DNA of 44,584 bases from an uncultured Myxococcales bacterium (lineage in GTDB: Bacteria > Myxococcota_A > SURF-8), in the NCBI GenBank assembly GCA_964437525.1, contig CAYTHG010000003.1:1-44584 (forward strand), in the 5' to 3' direction. The translations under genes were made by a program, and so were the position numbers. Of the stretch, positions 18,980 through 27,142 are shown piece by piece; positions within the stretch are counted from its first letter, which is position 1; each line of letters begins with the position of its first letter. The notes below the pieces were generated by a model, which did not search any database, was not told where the DNA came from, and worked only from the letters and a program-made list of their open reading frames with translations.

Positions 18980-19489
18980 TCACTCCGGCACGATGATGCG
19001 CCAGGTTTCGTGCAGACCGGTTTCAGATCCCTTATATAAGGACACATATAAATCGAAGCTTTGCCCGTGGAAGTCGGCCTGATCTTCCAAGCGACCTTTT
19101 AAAATCATCAAGAGGCTTTGGCTATCCACAGGCTCATCGACATCTATATGCAGACCCGAATCCTTGACCCAGATCATGGCGCCGTCGATTTCTTCGGGGA
19201 ATTCGTAGCCCGTCTTGACTTTCAACTCGAAGTCCTCGCCGAAGACGATTTCGACCTCGGGCGGTTCCACGAACTCGATTTGGGGATACTCATCACCCTC
19301 GAAATAGGGAGGCGGCCCGCCATCGACCACCGCGCCCTTGTAAAACTTCAAGGCATTCGTCAATCTATCCTGCAAACTGGCAGCGATATCGCCCAGGTCG
19401 TCATCGTCGCCGCCACATGAGGACAAGCCGCCGAATGTGGCCAATATTCCCAGAACAACAAGCGTTAAAAATATGCATTTGATTTTCAT
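18980..19489 (-). CDS. Small acidic lipoprotein, unknown function
   Basis: I moved the start to ATG 19489 (MKIKCIFLTLVVLGILATFGGLSSC, lipobox LSSC), preceded by GGGAGTGAG. An acidic tract, GGDDDDLGD, follows the Cys. Confidence 0.65.
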   Translation of the reverse strand: MKIKCIFLTLVVLGILATFGGLSSCGGDDDDLGDIAASLQDRLTNALKFYKGAVVDGGPPPYFEGDEYPQIEFVEPPEVEIVFGEDFELKVKTGYEFPEEIDGAMIWVKDSGLHIDVDEPVDSQSLLMILKGRLEDQADFHGQSFDLYVSLYKGSETGLHETWRIIVPE

Positions 19490-19596
19490 CCGCTCACTCC
19501 CGACATAAAAATATTGAAACTTCAGCAACACAACCCAAAACGCCAAAAGCGTCTTGCTCTCCGCTGCTGAATAACCCGACGATTACCCCTGATTTT

Positions 19597-19662
19597 CATG
19601 CTGAACTTATTTCAGCATCTTCAGCCAGTGATATCGAGACCATGAAACAAGTTCAGGGTGAC
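19597..19662. repeat. Pair of REP-like palindromic units (the MLKQVQHD-type element)
   Basis: Unit 1 is atgctgaa-cttat-ttcagcat (19598-19618, a perfect 8-bp stem). Unit 2 is ccatgaaacaagttcagggtgac (19640-19662, imperfect). Both lie in the 260-bp gap between two minus-strand genes. Confidence 0.55.
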
Positions 19663-19749
19663 ATAACAACTGATTTATATTTGCCGGGTTATCGAAACAA
19701 GTACTTTCAATCAGTATACATTAGCGAGGATATTGCGCAATAACAGCGT

Positions 19750-21813
19750 TTACATTACCGGGCAATGATAAAAACGAATCTCGCTATCGGGAATCGGGTG
19801 GTACATCAAAGCGTTTTGGTTGGTCCTGTCCAGAAATATAAGCTTGCAGCCCGAAGCGGCCTGCTGCTCCAGTAAATACTCTTTCTCTTTGCGACTTTCA
19901 ACGACAAGATAATAGCCGTTCAGATAGACCGGATCTTCGGGGTCCGGCTTGAGTTCCTTAAAATCGAAGACCAGCTTGATACCTTGCTCTTCCGGCCTGC
20001 AATCTCTGCGTATTTCTTTGGGATTTTCCAGAAACTCGTAGGCCATGCGAGTATGAATCGACACTCGGTCGAGGTTGGGCCAGTTGGTTATGATGGGCTT
20101 CGGGTTTATGTCGGTAATAGACAGGAAGGTGGGGATGTTTTCCACGCCCTCGTAATAACTTAGTTCTTCTGCGGTGGTAAAATTGACCAGCATCAGCAAA
20201 GAAAGCAATACAGCGGCACCGTCTGCCAGATAGCGCAACTTTATACTGTGATAAATTTTTCGTTCTCTGAAAAATGCCAGAATCTTAACGGCCATTCCAG
20301 CCAGAAATACCGAGCTTGCATAAATCATAAAAGTGATGGCCGGATAGATATAATAGGCACCGTGCATGGTCCCTTTTCTCGCCAGCAGGATTATGCTGAA
20401 GAATATCGCCATTATGGACAAAAGCGCAAAAGCGTTTGAGTGTTGCAATCTGTGTTTGAAAAGAACGTACAGGCCACCCAGTATCGGAATCGCCATGATC
20501 GGAGCGCGGTCGATGGGGGTTTCTTTTAGAATACTGAAAAAGAGCTTGTCGAAACCGGCTCCGGGTGGAATGGGATCGCCATAGCTGGATGAGAAAACAT
20601 AAAAAGAGTTCAGCAGAAAAACCAGCAGAATACCGCCCGGCAGCAAGGCTGATTTGTCAAGCTGGGAATTTTGATAATATTTAAGATAAAGTATACAGAC
20701 AAAAACGACAGCGACGGGTATCACCATATACGACGACAAACAACCACCGGCAATTGACAGAGCGATAAGCGCCTGCGACTTAAAATTCAAAAACGCTTTT
20801 TCCTTGTCCACCCTCTGAAGTATCAGCATCCAGCTTAAAATAAAAGCTCCGGCTAAATCCCAGTCGGAGATATAGGGCAGGCTGTTTCGTCGTCTGATTT
20901 CACAGGCAAACAGCGTCAAAGCGATGAAACCCGCCAGACGCCCGGCCTTGTTGGCGCTGACTTTCATTAAAAGAAGCGATTCCACCAGAAGCCAGATGAA
21001 CGGAATGATTCTCAAGATCAGAGGGTGAAATGAAACTGCGGCTGCCACATAATTCAATAAAAAGGGCAAGGGCGGGTGAAAATCGTCGCCGAAGGGATCG
21101 AAGCCTGCAAAGAATGCCCTCTCGAATGTGGTATCTTCGTGGATCGGAATCGAGAAAAGAGGCATGGCAGCCCAGGTAACAAGCAGCGCGCCCACCAGAT
21201 AATCAACTCTCAAAAGGGTTTTTCTGTGATTGGAACGCAGGATAGACAAAAGAAAGGCAAAAACGAATCCTATCAACAGCAGGTTTTCAAGGTTGAACCT
21301 GAAGGCCATGCTTTTACCGACAAGTGAAAACAGCATATTTGCTTTGGATGAAATCGACTTCAGCACGGGATTCTCAGGCGAAACCATCTTGACATATTGC
21401 AGACCCAAGGCCTTCGGTGAAATCTGCTCCTTTAACTCCGCAGGCAAAGCGCCGGAAAGATTGTATTTGACACGACATTCTTTATCCAGACGCATACTCA
21501 ATGAAGCTTTGTCGCCCGCAGCCGAAACAAAATCCAGATCGGCTTTTGTTCCATTAATAGACAATGACCAATCAAACAGCTCGAAGCCAACCCGCTGCAA
21601 GGCATCTTTCAAAACCGCCGATGTCTGCTCGATATCGGCTGGAGGAGCCCAGGCGCAGGAATCCGGTTGGCGCTCTTGCTGCTGCGCGGAATTGTTTGTC
21701 CCCATGTGAATTGCGTCGCCCGAATCGGCCAAGGCTTGCGCTTGTGCCTGTGGGCTTGCGGCTAAAACGATAAAGAAAAAAATAAAAAATCGAATGCCGG
21801 ATAAATATTTCAT
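19750..21813 (-). CDS. GT-C fold membrane glycosyltransferase (PMT_2 / ArnT-like, GT39/GT83-type)
   Basis: It has a signal peptide and a periplasmic N-domain of about 170 aa, then about 11 TM helices. The first-loop motif is IHEDTTFERAFFAGFDPFGDDFHPPLPFLL (acidic loop plus HPPL). A soluble C-terminal domain of about 130 aa follows. Confidence 0.75.
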   Translation of the reverse strand: MKYLSGIRFFIFFFIVLAASPQAQAQALADSGDAIHMGTNNSAQQQERQPDSCAWAPPADIEQTSAVLKDALQRVGFELFDWSLSINGTKADLDFVSAAGDKASLSMRLDKECRVKYNLSGALPAELKEQISPKALGLQYVKMVSPENPVLKSISSKANMLFSLVGKSMAFRFNLENLLLIGFVFAFLLSILRSNHRKTLLRVDYLVGALLVTWAAMPLFSIPIHEDTTFERAFFAGFDPFGDDFHPPLPFLLNYVAAAVSFHPLILRIIPFIWLLVESLLLMKVSANKAGRLAGFIALTLFACEIRRRNSLPYISDWDLAGAFILSWMLILQRVDKEKAFLNFKSQALIALSIAGGCLSSYMVIPVAVVFVCILYLKYYQNSQLDKSALLPGGILLVFLLNSFYVFSSSYGDPIPPGAGFDKLFFSILKETPIDRAPIMAIPILGGLYVLFKHRLQHSNAFALLSIMAIFFSIILLARKGTMHGAYYIYPAITFMIYASSVFLAGMAVKILAFFRERKIYHSIKLRYLADGAAVLLSLLMLVNFTTAEELSYYEGVENIPTFLSITDINPKPIITNWPNLDRVSIHTRMAYEFLENPKEIRRDCRPEEQGIKLVFDFKELKPDPEDPVYLNGYYLVVESRKEKEYLLEQQAASGCKLIFLDRTNQNALMYHPIPDSEIRFYHCPVM

Positions 21814-21847
21814 AGATCTAACTCCCGAAAACCTCTCGGTAGCCGGA

Positions 21848-21875
21848 ATTTTACCTTAATATTTCGTTAATACAA
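21848..21875 (-). promoter_or_regulatory. Candidate sigma70 promoter for the GT-C gene
   Basis: The minus strand reads TTGTAT-16 nt-TAAAAT, about 35 nt upstream of ATG 21813. A GGGAG RBS lies between them. Confidence 0.4.
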
Positions 21876-21959
21876 GCGGAAAATGGAATTTAAGTTCCAA
21901 AAGAATGCCGTGGTGTTCAAAGCAATCCGGGCAAACCGCAGCGCTGATATCGATAGTGC

Positions 21960-21987
21960 TTGCCTTTTGTCTCCGGTACATTATACT
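21960..21987 (+). promoter_or_regulatory. Candidate sigma70 promoter for the NodB-heparinase gene
   Basis: TTGCCT-16 nt-TATACT lies about 38 nt upstream of ATG 22025. The RBS is GAGG at 22016-22019. Confidence 0.4.
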
Positions 21988-22024
21988 ATCACCATATAAT
22001 ATTTAAACAGTGGGTTGAGGTAAG

Positions 22025-24676
22025 ATGTTCTACAGGTTATTTTGGGTTTGTTTTGCATTGTGTGTATTCTCTTTTGCATGTAACAGTTCAACAGAGAAAG
22101 ACTTTGAAGGCGATCTCGATATCTGCGAGTTCTGCGATGGAGATGAGTGGGAGGCGGAGCTGGAAGCGGAATTGGAGGCGGAGTTGGATACGGAATTGGA
22201 GTCGGAGGACAAGCCCTCACTAAGCAGGGCGGGAGTAGCCCTTACTTTCGACGATACTTATATCGAAAGCTGGTATGCATACCGAGAGACATTCAAAAAA
22301 CACGGGGTGAGAGCGAATTTTATGCTGTCCCGGGCCAATACATTGTCCGAACGGCAATTCGAAATGTTGAGAGAATTGCAATCGGATGGTCATGAAATCG
22401 GATGTCATACACTCAATCACGTCAGGCCCAGAGATTATGTGGAAGAACATTCGCTTCAAGAATTCATAGACAACGAAATCACTCCGGCTGTAAAACTCAT
22501 GAAGGATAACGGCCTCAATCCGCAATCTTTTTCCTATCCACAGGGAAACCGTTCGGACCTTACCGATAAAGAGCTTTTGAAGCACTTTAAAATGCTGAGG
22601 ACATCCGGCTACTTTGACAAAAAATACAAGGACAAGATTTTCCATTCCTGGGATGCCAGGAGGCTTGCATATGCCGGGAATATAGACGCCGGCAAATGCA
22701 CACAGGACGATATTCGCGAGGGCATGGAAAAAGCCTTGGCAAACGAGCATGTATTGCTTATGTATGCGCACGATATTGTAGATGAAGGCGAACAATTGCA
22801 TATCGGTCCAGAGGATCTGGAAGCTGTATTTATTATGGCCGAGCAGATGGGACTGAATTTTTACACTCTACCTGAACTGGCGCTTGAGCGACCCGACACA
22901 ACTGTCGGCGCCGAAGTAATCTACAATTTTCTCGACGACGGTGAATTGGAATACGCCGACTTGATGCTTGACGATATCTATTACACCTCGCCGCGCCACG
23001 ATGCTGTCAAGCTGGACTGGCCGCTGACATGGATCGAAGATCCCTATGGTGAAAAATACTGGCAGTTCATATTCTACAGTCTGCGCTTCACGCGCCACCT
23101 GCTGTTTGCCTACCGCGATACTGGAGAGCAGAAATATCTGGACAAGCTTCTTTCCATACTTGAATCATTCGTTGAAAAAGGCGAGTCGTCGGAATACATA
23201 AACGACAAGCATACGGCTGCATTTTTAGGCATGGTGCTGGTAAACACCTATTGCAAACTCAAGCGCATGGACGTATTGGACGATGAGTTGGCGCAGGCTT
23301 TATTAGGCATAATTTATCGGCGCGGCGAGTTTCTGGAAAAAGACAAACACTTCGAAAAAAACAACAACCACGGCGTAACCCAGGCCGCAGCACTGTTGCT
23401 GATCGCCCACAATTTCCCCGGCTTCGACAAGAGTCCGGCATGGAGAACGCTGGCGCAGGAGCGCCTTGATACAGTAGTTGCAAAAAACGTCGCCACAGAC
23501 GGCGTGCAGATAGAGCAGTCGCCTTTCTACCATTTTTACGTGTTGTATTTCTTCTGGCAGATATTCCATTGGGACGTCTCCTACTCCGTTTGGGAATCTC
23601 CAGATTTCCACGACATAATCGGAAAGATGGTACAGTTTTCCACATACATGATACTGCCAGACGGCAATATCCCTCTAGTCGGCACAAGCCAAGAATACGA
23701 TATGCGTATCAAGTATCCTGAGATATACGGGCAAATTGCCGATTACTATCCCAAATTCAAATACGTTCATACGGCAGGGAAAAGCGGAACCGCACCGCAG
23801 GAAAAAAACCTGCTTTTCCCGGTTTCCGGCTGGTCCATCATGCGTTCGTCTTTCGGAGACGAACAGAACTTCGAGGATCAGACACAGGTCATCTTCGATG
23901 TCGGCCCCTACCGCACAGGCCACAGCCACTTAGACGCCCTGAGCGTCCACTTACACGCCCACGGTTTGACACTTATGCCGGACTCGGGCCTGTATACACT
24001 GGAAGACGTACCCAAGCGCGAATATTATATCGGAACGCGCGCTCACAATACGGTTGTGGTTGACGGCGAAGATCAGGCCGAGGGAACCTGCACACAGGGA
24101 TTATTTGAAACAAAAGACGACTGGAGCTACCAGTCCGCTTCCCACAAGCTTTATAAAAAGGTCGAACAGCGCCGCGCCGTGTTGCTGATAGGTCAGGATC
24201 TGTTGCTGGTAGTGGATCGTCTTGAGAGTGGACAAAGCCACAATTACGAGCAGATCTGGCATCTCTTCCCTGAAACCGGACTGCTGATGGACGGTACCGA
24301 GGCCCTTGTCTCGAACCAGGAAGGCAAGACCGTCATGCGGATAGCGCAAGCTCTCCCGGAACTGCTTTCTACAGCAAAGGTCAGGGGACAGGATGATCCT
24401 TACGATGGCTGGTATTCCAAGAAATACGAAATCGAAATCCCCAACTGGAGCATCTCGTACAGTCAGGAAGGCGAAAACGCAGACTTCGTGACGCTTTTCA
24501 GACTGGGAAATGAAGTGCTTGCAAACCCGGCTGGTTTCTCAGCCGAGATAGATACGGAAAACGCGGATTGGAATATCGTGATTGAAACCGAGGACACAAA
24601 ATACGAAGTCCTGATTCACAATCTAGCCCGCGAAGGCGAGACGATAATTCTGCAAACGGTGCCGGTATCGCAATAG
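22025..24676 (+). CDS. Exported fusion: NodB polysaccharide deacetylase domain + alginate-lyase/heparinase II/III-like domain
   Basis: It has a signal peptide, with a possible lipobox SFAC. NodB motifs are VALTFDDTY, GHEIGCHTLNH (HxxxH) and FSYPQG. The heparinase II/III-like region has NNHGVTQAAALLLIA, GHSHLDALSVHLHAHG and RAHNTVVVDG. Confidence 0.9.
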   Translation: MFYRLFWVCFALCVFSFACNSSTEKDFEGDLDICEFCDGDEWEAELEAELEAELDTELESEDKPSLSRAGVALTFDDTYIESWYAYRETFKKHGVRANFMLSRANTLSERQFEMLRELQSDGHEIGCHTLNHVRPRDYVEEHSLQEFIDNEITPAVKLMKDNGLNPQSFSYPQGNRSDLTDKELLKHFKMLRTSGYFDKKYKDKIFHSWDARRLAYAGNIDAGKCTQDDIREGMEKALANEHVLLMYAHDIVDEGEQLHIGPEDLEAVFIMAEQMGLNFYTLPELALERPDTTVGAEVIYNFLDDGELEYADLMLDDIYYTSPRHDAVKLDWPLTWIEDPYGEKYWQFIFYSLRFTRHLLFAYRDTGEQKYLDKLLSILESFVEKGESSEYINDKHTAAFLGMVLVNTYCKLKRMDVLDDELAQALLGIIYRRGEFLEKDKHFEKNNNHGVTQAAALLLIAHNFPGFDKSPAWRTLAQERLDTVVAKNVATDGVQIEQSPFYHFYVLYFFWQIFHWDVSYSVWESPDFHDIIGKMVQFSTYMILPDGNIPLVGTSQEYDMRIKYPEIYGQIADYYPKFKYVHTAGKSGTAPQEKNLLFPVSGWSIMRSSFGDEQNFEDQTQVIFDVGPYRTGHSHLDALSVHLHAHGLTLMPDSGLYTLEDVPKREYYIGTRAHNTVVVDGEDQAEGTCTQGLFETKDDWSYQSASHKLYKKVEQRRAVLLIGQDLLLVVDRLESGQSHNYEQIWHLFPETGLLMDGTEALVSNQEGKTVMRIAQALPELLSTAKVRGQDDPYDGWYSKKYEIEIPNWSISYSQEGENADFVTLFRLGNEVLANPAGFSAEIDTENADWNIVIETEDTKYEVLIHNLAREGETIILQTVPVSQ
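22151..22210 (+). repeat. Five 12-nt in-frame tandem units encoding (EAEL)n acidic periodic linker
   Basis: Units are gaggcggagctg, gaagcggaattg, gaggcggagttg, gatacggaattg and gagtcggaggac. They translate to EAELEAELEAELDTELESED. Confidence 0.75.
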
Positions 24677-24726
24677 CCCAAACTCTTTTTCGCCCCGATA
24701 ATTCATACATTTCAAGCTATCTTCTA

Positions 24727-24766
24727 AGTTGGAGCAGCGCTTCCCAGCCTGCTCCAACTGTTTTTT
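24727..24766 (+). terminator. Rho-independent terminator of the NodB-heparinase gene
   Basis: agttggagcag-(11-nt loop)-ctgctccaact forms an 11-bp stem, followed by g + tttttt. Confidence 0.8.
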
Positions 24767-24798
24767 GTCCTTCGACATTAATGCTACATCGGGAAATT

Positions 24799-24868
24799 GT
24801 CATTCCCGCGCAGGCGGGAATCCAGAACAATATCAGGGGAATGGACACCCGCCTACGCGGCTGTGACA
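24799..24868. repeat. Inverted pair of REP-like palindromic units (the VIPAQAGIQ / LDSRLRGND-type element)
   Basis: Unit A is gtcattcccgcgcaggcgggaatcc (24799-24823, with 8-bp stem attcccgc/gcgggaat). Unit B is ggacacccgcctacgcggctgtgaca (24843-24868), a degenerate inverted copy. Confidence 0.6.
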
Positions 24869-24948
24869 AGGGTTTGAGAAATCTTTTCTAAGAAATAGTA
24901 AATTGTCAGATAAGACATTTACCCGCCCCCGCTACCCGCTACCCGCCA

Positions 24949-25009
24949 GAAAAAACCGCTCATGCTGATTGATTTCGCAAAGCGAAATTGTGTGCGGTGG
25001 TTTTTTTTT
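24949..25009. terminator. Possible bidirectional terminator-like structure
   Basis: An A6 run, accgc, an inner perfect hairpin atttcgc-aaa-gcgaaat (24972-24988), gcggt, then a T9 run (25001-25009). The outer stem is short and the loop is long. Confidence 0.3.
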
Positions 25010-25164
25010 AATTACTTCAAAAATCGCCAGAGGCAGATCATGACAAATATCAGTCAGTTGGAGAAGACTCTGCTGGCGTTTATGGACGAGGGCAAAATTG
25101 CCGGGAATAAATCGGCATAGTCGAACTGTTGCAATATATGAAGCTGGTAAGAAAAGGATCAATC

Positions 25165-25377
25165 ATGGCCGCGCAGATAAATACAAACGACGACATGATA
25201 AGCGCAATTAACGTGGTACCGCTGGTAGACCAGGCCAGAAAATCCGGAATCTCCAAATACGTTTTCAACGCCGATAGCGAGGCGGCTGCGGGTGTCTCCG
25301 CCACGACTATCGAAAATAGTGAACACCAGCCCGACAAGAAGTCTGAAGCTTCTCTAATCCTAAACCCAAAAAGCTGA
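25165..25377 (+). CDS. Small hypothetical protein (70 aa), doubtful
   Basis: ATG 25165 is preceded by AAGGA at a 7-nt spacing. It lies within track ORF 25129..25377. No recognisable motif. It sits in a region that otherwise looks like gene remnants. Confidence 0.25.
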   Translation: MAAQINTNDDMISAINVVPLVDQARKSGISKYVFNADSEAAAGVSATTIENSEHQPDKKSEASLILNPKS

Positions 25378-25649
25378 TAGCCCCCTTATCCAAAGTCCCC
25401 CTCTTCTGCGGCAGAGCCTGAAACCCGCTTATACAAAGGCTCTGCCGCACCCCTTCTCTAAAAAGAGCTGTGAATATTGTTACATTGAGAATAAGTTGAC
25501 AAGCTGACGCACCGCATGTTCGCAGATTCGCCAACAACGACGGCCCCCACGACGACAAAATCGATCTCGGCCTGAAGGACAACGGACTGGAATTCTGAAA
25601 AGTTACGATAGATCGAAAGCAAACGCTCCTGGAATTAGATACAAAAACT

Positions 25650-25679
25650 CCCGGACGGCTTGCCGTCCGGGTTTTTTTT
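25650..25679 (+). terminator. Rho-independent terminator
   Basis: cccggacgg-cttg-ccgtccggg forms a 9-bp GC stem, followed by T8. The A-rich 5' flank could allow bidirectional function. Confidence 0.75.
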
Positions 25680-25861
25680 GTGTGTATATGTAAATTTCAC
25701 ATCACGAACCACACTCCAAGCAAAAATCAGCCCTATTTTTGCATTTTTATTGCAAATATCGCTTTGATATGCTCATATGTATGCATGTCTTATCTAAAAT
25801 ATTCCGCATCAATGGTTTACGCACTTGATTGAAGTGTTTTTCTTACACCAAGGATAAAATC

Positions 25862-27142
25862 ATGCTTATCGAATTCAGCGTTAAGAATTTTATGTCATTC
25901 AAAGACTGGACAACTCTTTCGATGGTTGCAGGTAAGGGCAACGAGTCCAAGGAAACCGAACGCAACGTAACCCGCGCAGCTCAAGGCAGCAAATACGACC
26001 TTAAGAAATCCGCCGTGATCTTCGGCGCCAACGCCTCCGGCAAAACGAATTTGTACAGGGCGCATATTTTCTTCAAGTGGTTTGTCGTTCTCTCTGCCAC
26101 AACAGAAAAACCAATTATTTCTCATGTACCTTTCAAACTAGATTCTTCGACATTTAGTCAGCCTACAGAATTTGAAATCGTATTTCTGCTTGAAGGTATC
26201 AAATACGTTTATGGATTTTCCGTGACAGAAACGCACGTTTTAAACGAATACCTCTTCAACTATCCCAAAAAGCAGCCGAGAAAAGTCTTTTCGAGAGAGT
26301 ACTTGCCTGAGGAAAACGAATATAAATTCAAAAAGGGCGAAGGCTGGGAAAGCAGTGAGTCGGAGTGGGAAAGCATCAAAAAAGCAACCAAACCCCACGT
26401 ACTGATGTTGTCCATAGCTAACTTTCTTAATGAAAAAATCGGTGTAGCCCTGCTTGAATATTTGGGTTCAAAACAGAAGTCCATAGGCAACGACCCTGTT
26501 CTTTCGTCGGAAATGGAATATACAAAGCAGAGAGCCTTAAAAGATCCTGATTTCAAAGCTTGGGCAATTGAATTATTGAGGCACGCCGACGTAGGTATTC
26601 ACGATTTTGAGGTAAAAGAAGAAGAAAAAGATCCAGAGCCTAGCCCCATGGAACCAGGAAGAGTAAAGCAAGAAAAGAAGACCACAATCCTTTTCTACCA
26701 CAATCAAAAAAGCGAGAAGGGAGAAACACTCAGAATAAGCTTTGAGCAGCTTGAAGAATCCCACGGCACACAAAAACTTTTCGCGCTTGCGGCTCCGATA
26801 TACTACGTATTGGAACAGGGTAGCCTGTTGATTGCCGATGAACTCGACACACGTATGCATCCTTTAATGACAAGGTGGTTGCTGGACCTGTTCCACAATC
26901 CAAAAACCAATCCCAAAGGGGCGCAGATCATCTTTACCGCCCACGATGACGGCCTGCTGGACAGCAAACTTTTCAGGCGCGATCAGATTTTATTTACGGA
27001 AAAAGGCAGCGACGGAGTCAGCGAGTTGTTCGCCCTTAGCGATCTGAAAGGAGTGCGCAAAGCCGAAGACATCCGCAAGGGTTACCGAGTCGGGCGTTAC
27101 GGCGCAGTACCGTTTCTGGAACCGATGGGGGATGAAGACTAA
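25862..27142 (+). CDS. AAA_15/AAA_21-type ABC-like ATPase (AbiLi / RloA-like)
   Basis: ATG 25862 (MLIEFSVKNFMSFKD) is preceded by AAGGA and preferred over TTG 25829. Motifs: Walker A GANASGKTN, HGTQKLF, Walker B LLIADELDTRMHP and H-loop-like IIFTAHD. Confidence 0.9.
   Translation: MLIEFSVKNFMSFKDWTTLSMVAGKGNESKETERNVTRAAQGSKYDLKKSAVIFGANASGKTNLYRAHIFFKWFVVLSATTEKPIISHVPFKLDSSTFSQPTEFEIVFLLEGIKYVYGFSVTETHVLNEYLFNYPKKQPRKVFSREYLPEENEYKFKKGEGWESSESEWESIKKATKPHVLMLSIANFLNEKIGVALLEYLGSKQKSIGNDPVLSSEMEYTKQRALKDPDFKAWAIELLRHADVGIHDFEVKEEEKDPEPSPMEPGRVKQEKKTTILFYHNQKSEKGETLRISFEQLEESHGTQKLFALAAPIYYVLEQGSLLIADELDTRMHPLMTRWLLDLFHNPKTNPKGAQIIFTAHDDGLLDSKLFRRDQILFTEKGSDGVSELFALSDLKGVRKAEDIRKGYRVGRYGAVPFLEPMGDED

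Noticed and set aside
25040-25120. A 26-codon ORF (MTNISQLEKTLLAFMDEGKIAGNKSA) with a GAGG RBS, plus HTH-like text in other frames downstream. Possibly a frameshifted XRE-type regulator.
   Set aside because: The resemblance is vague and split over three frames, and I cannot reconstruct a continuous domain. It is mentioned only as part of the scar finding.
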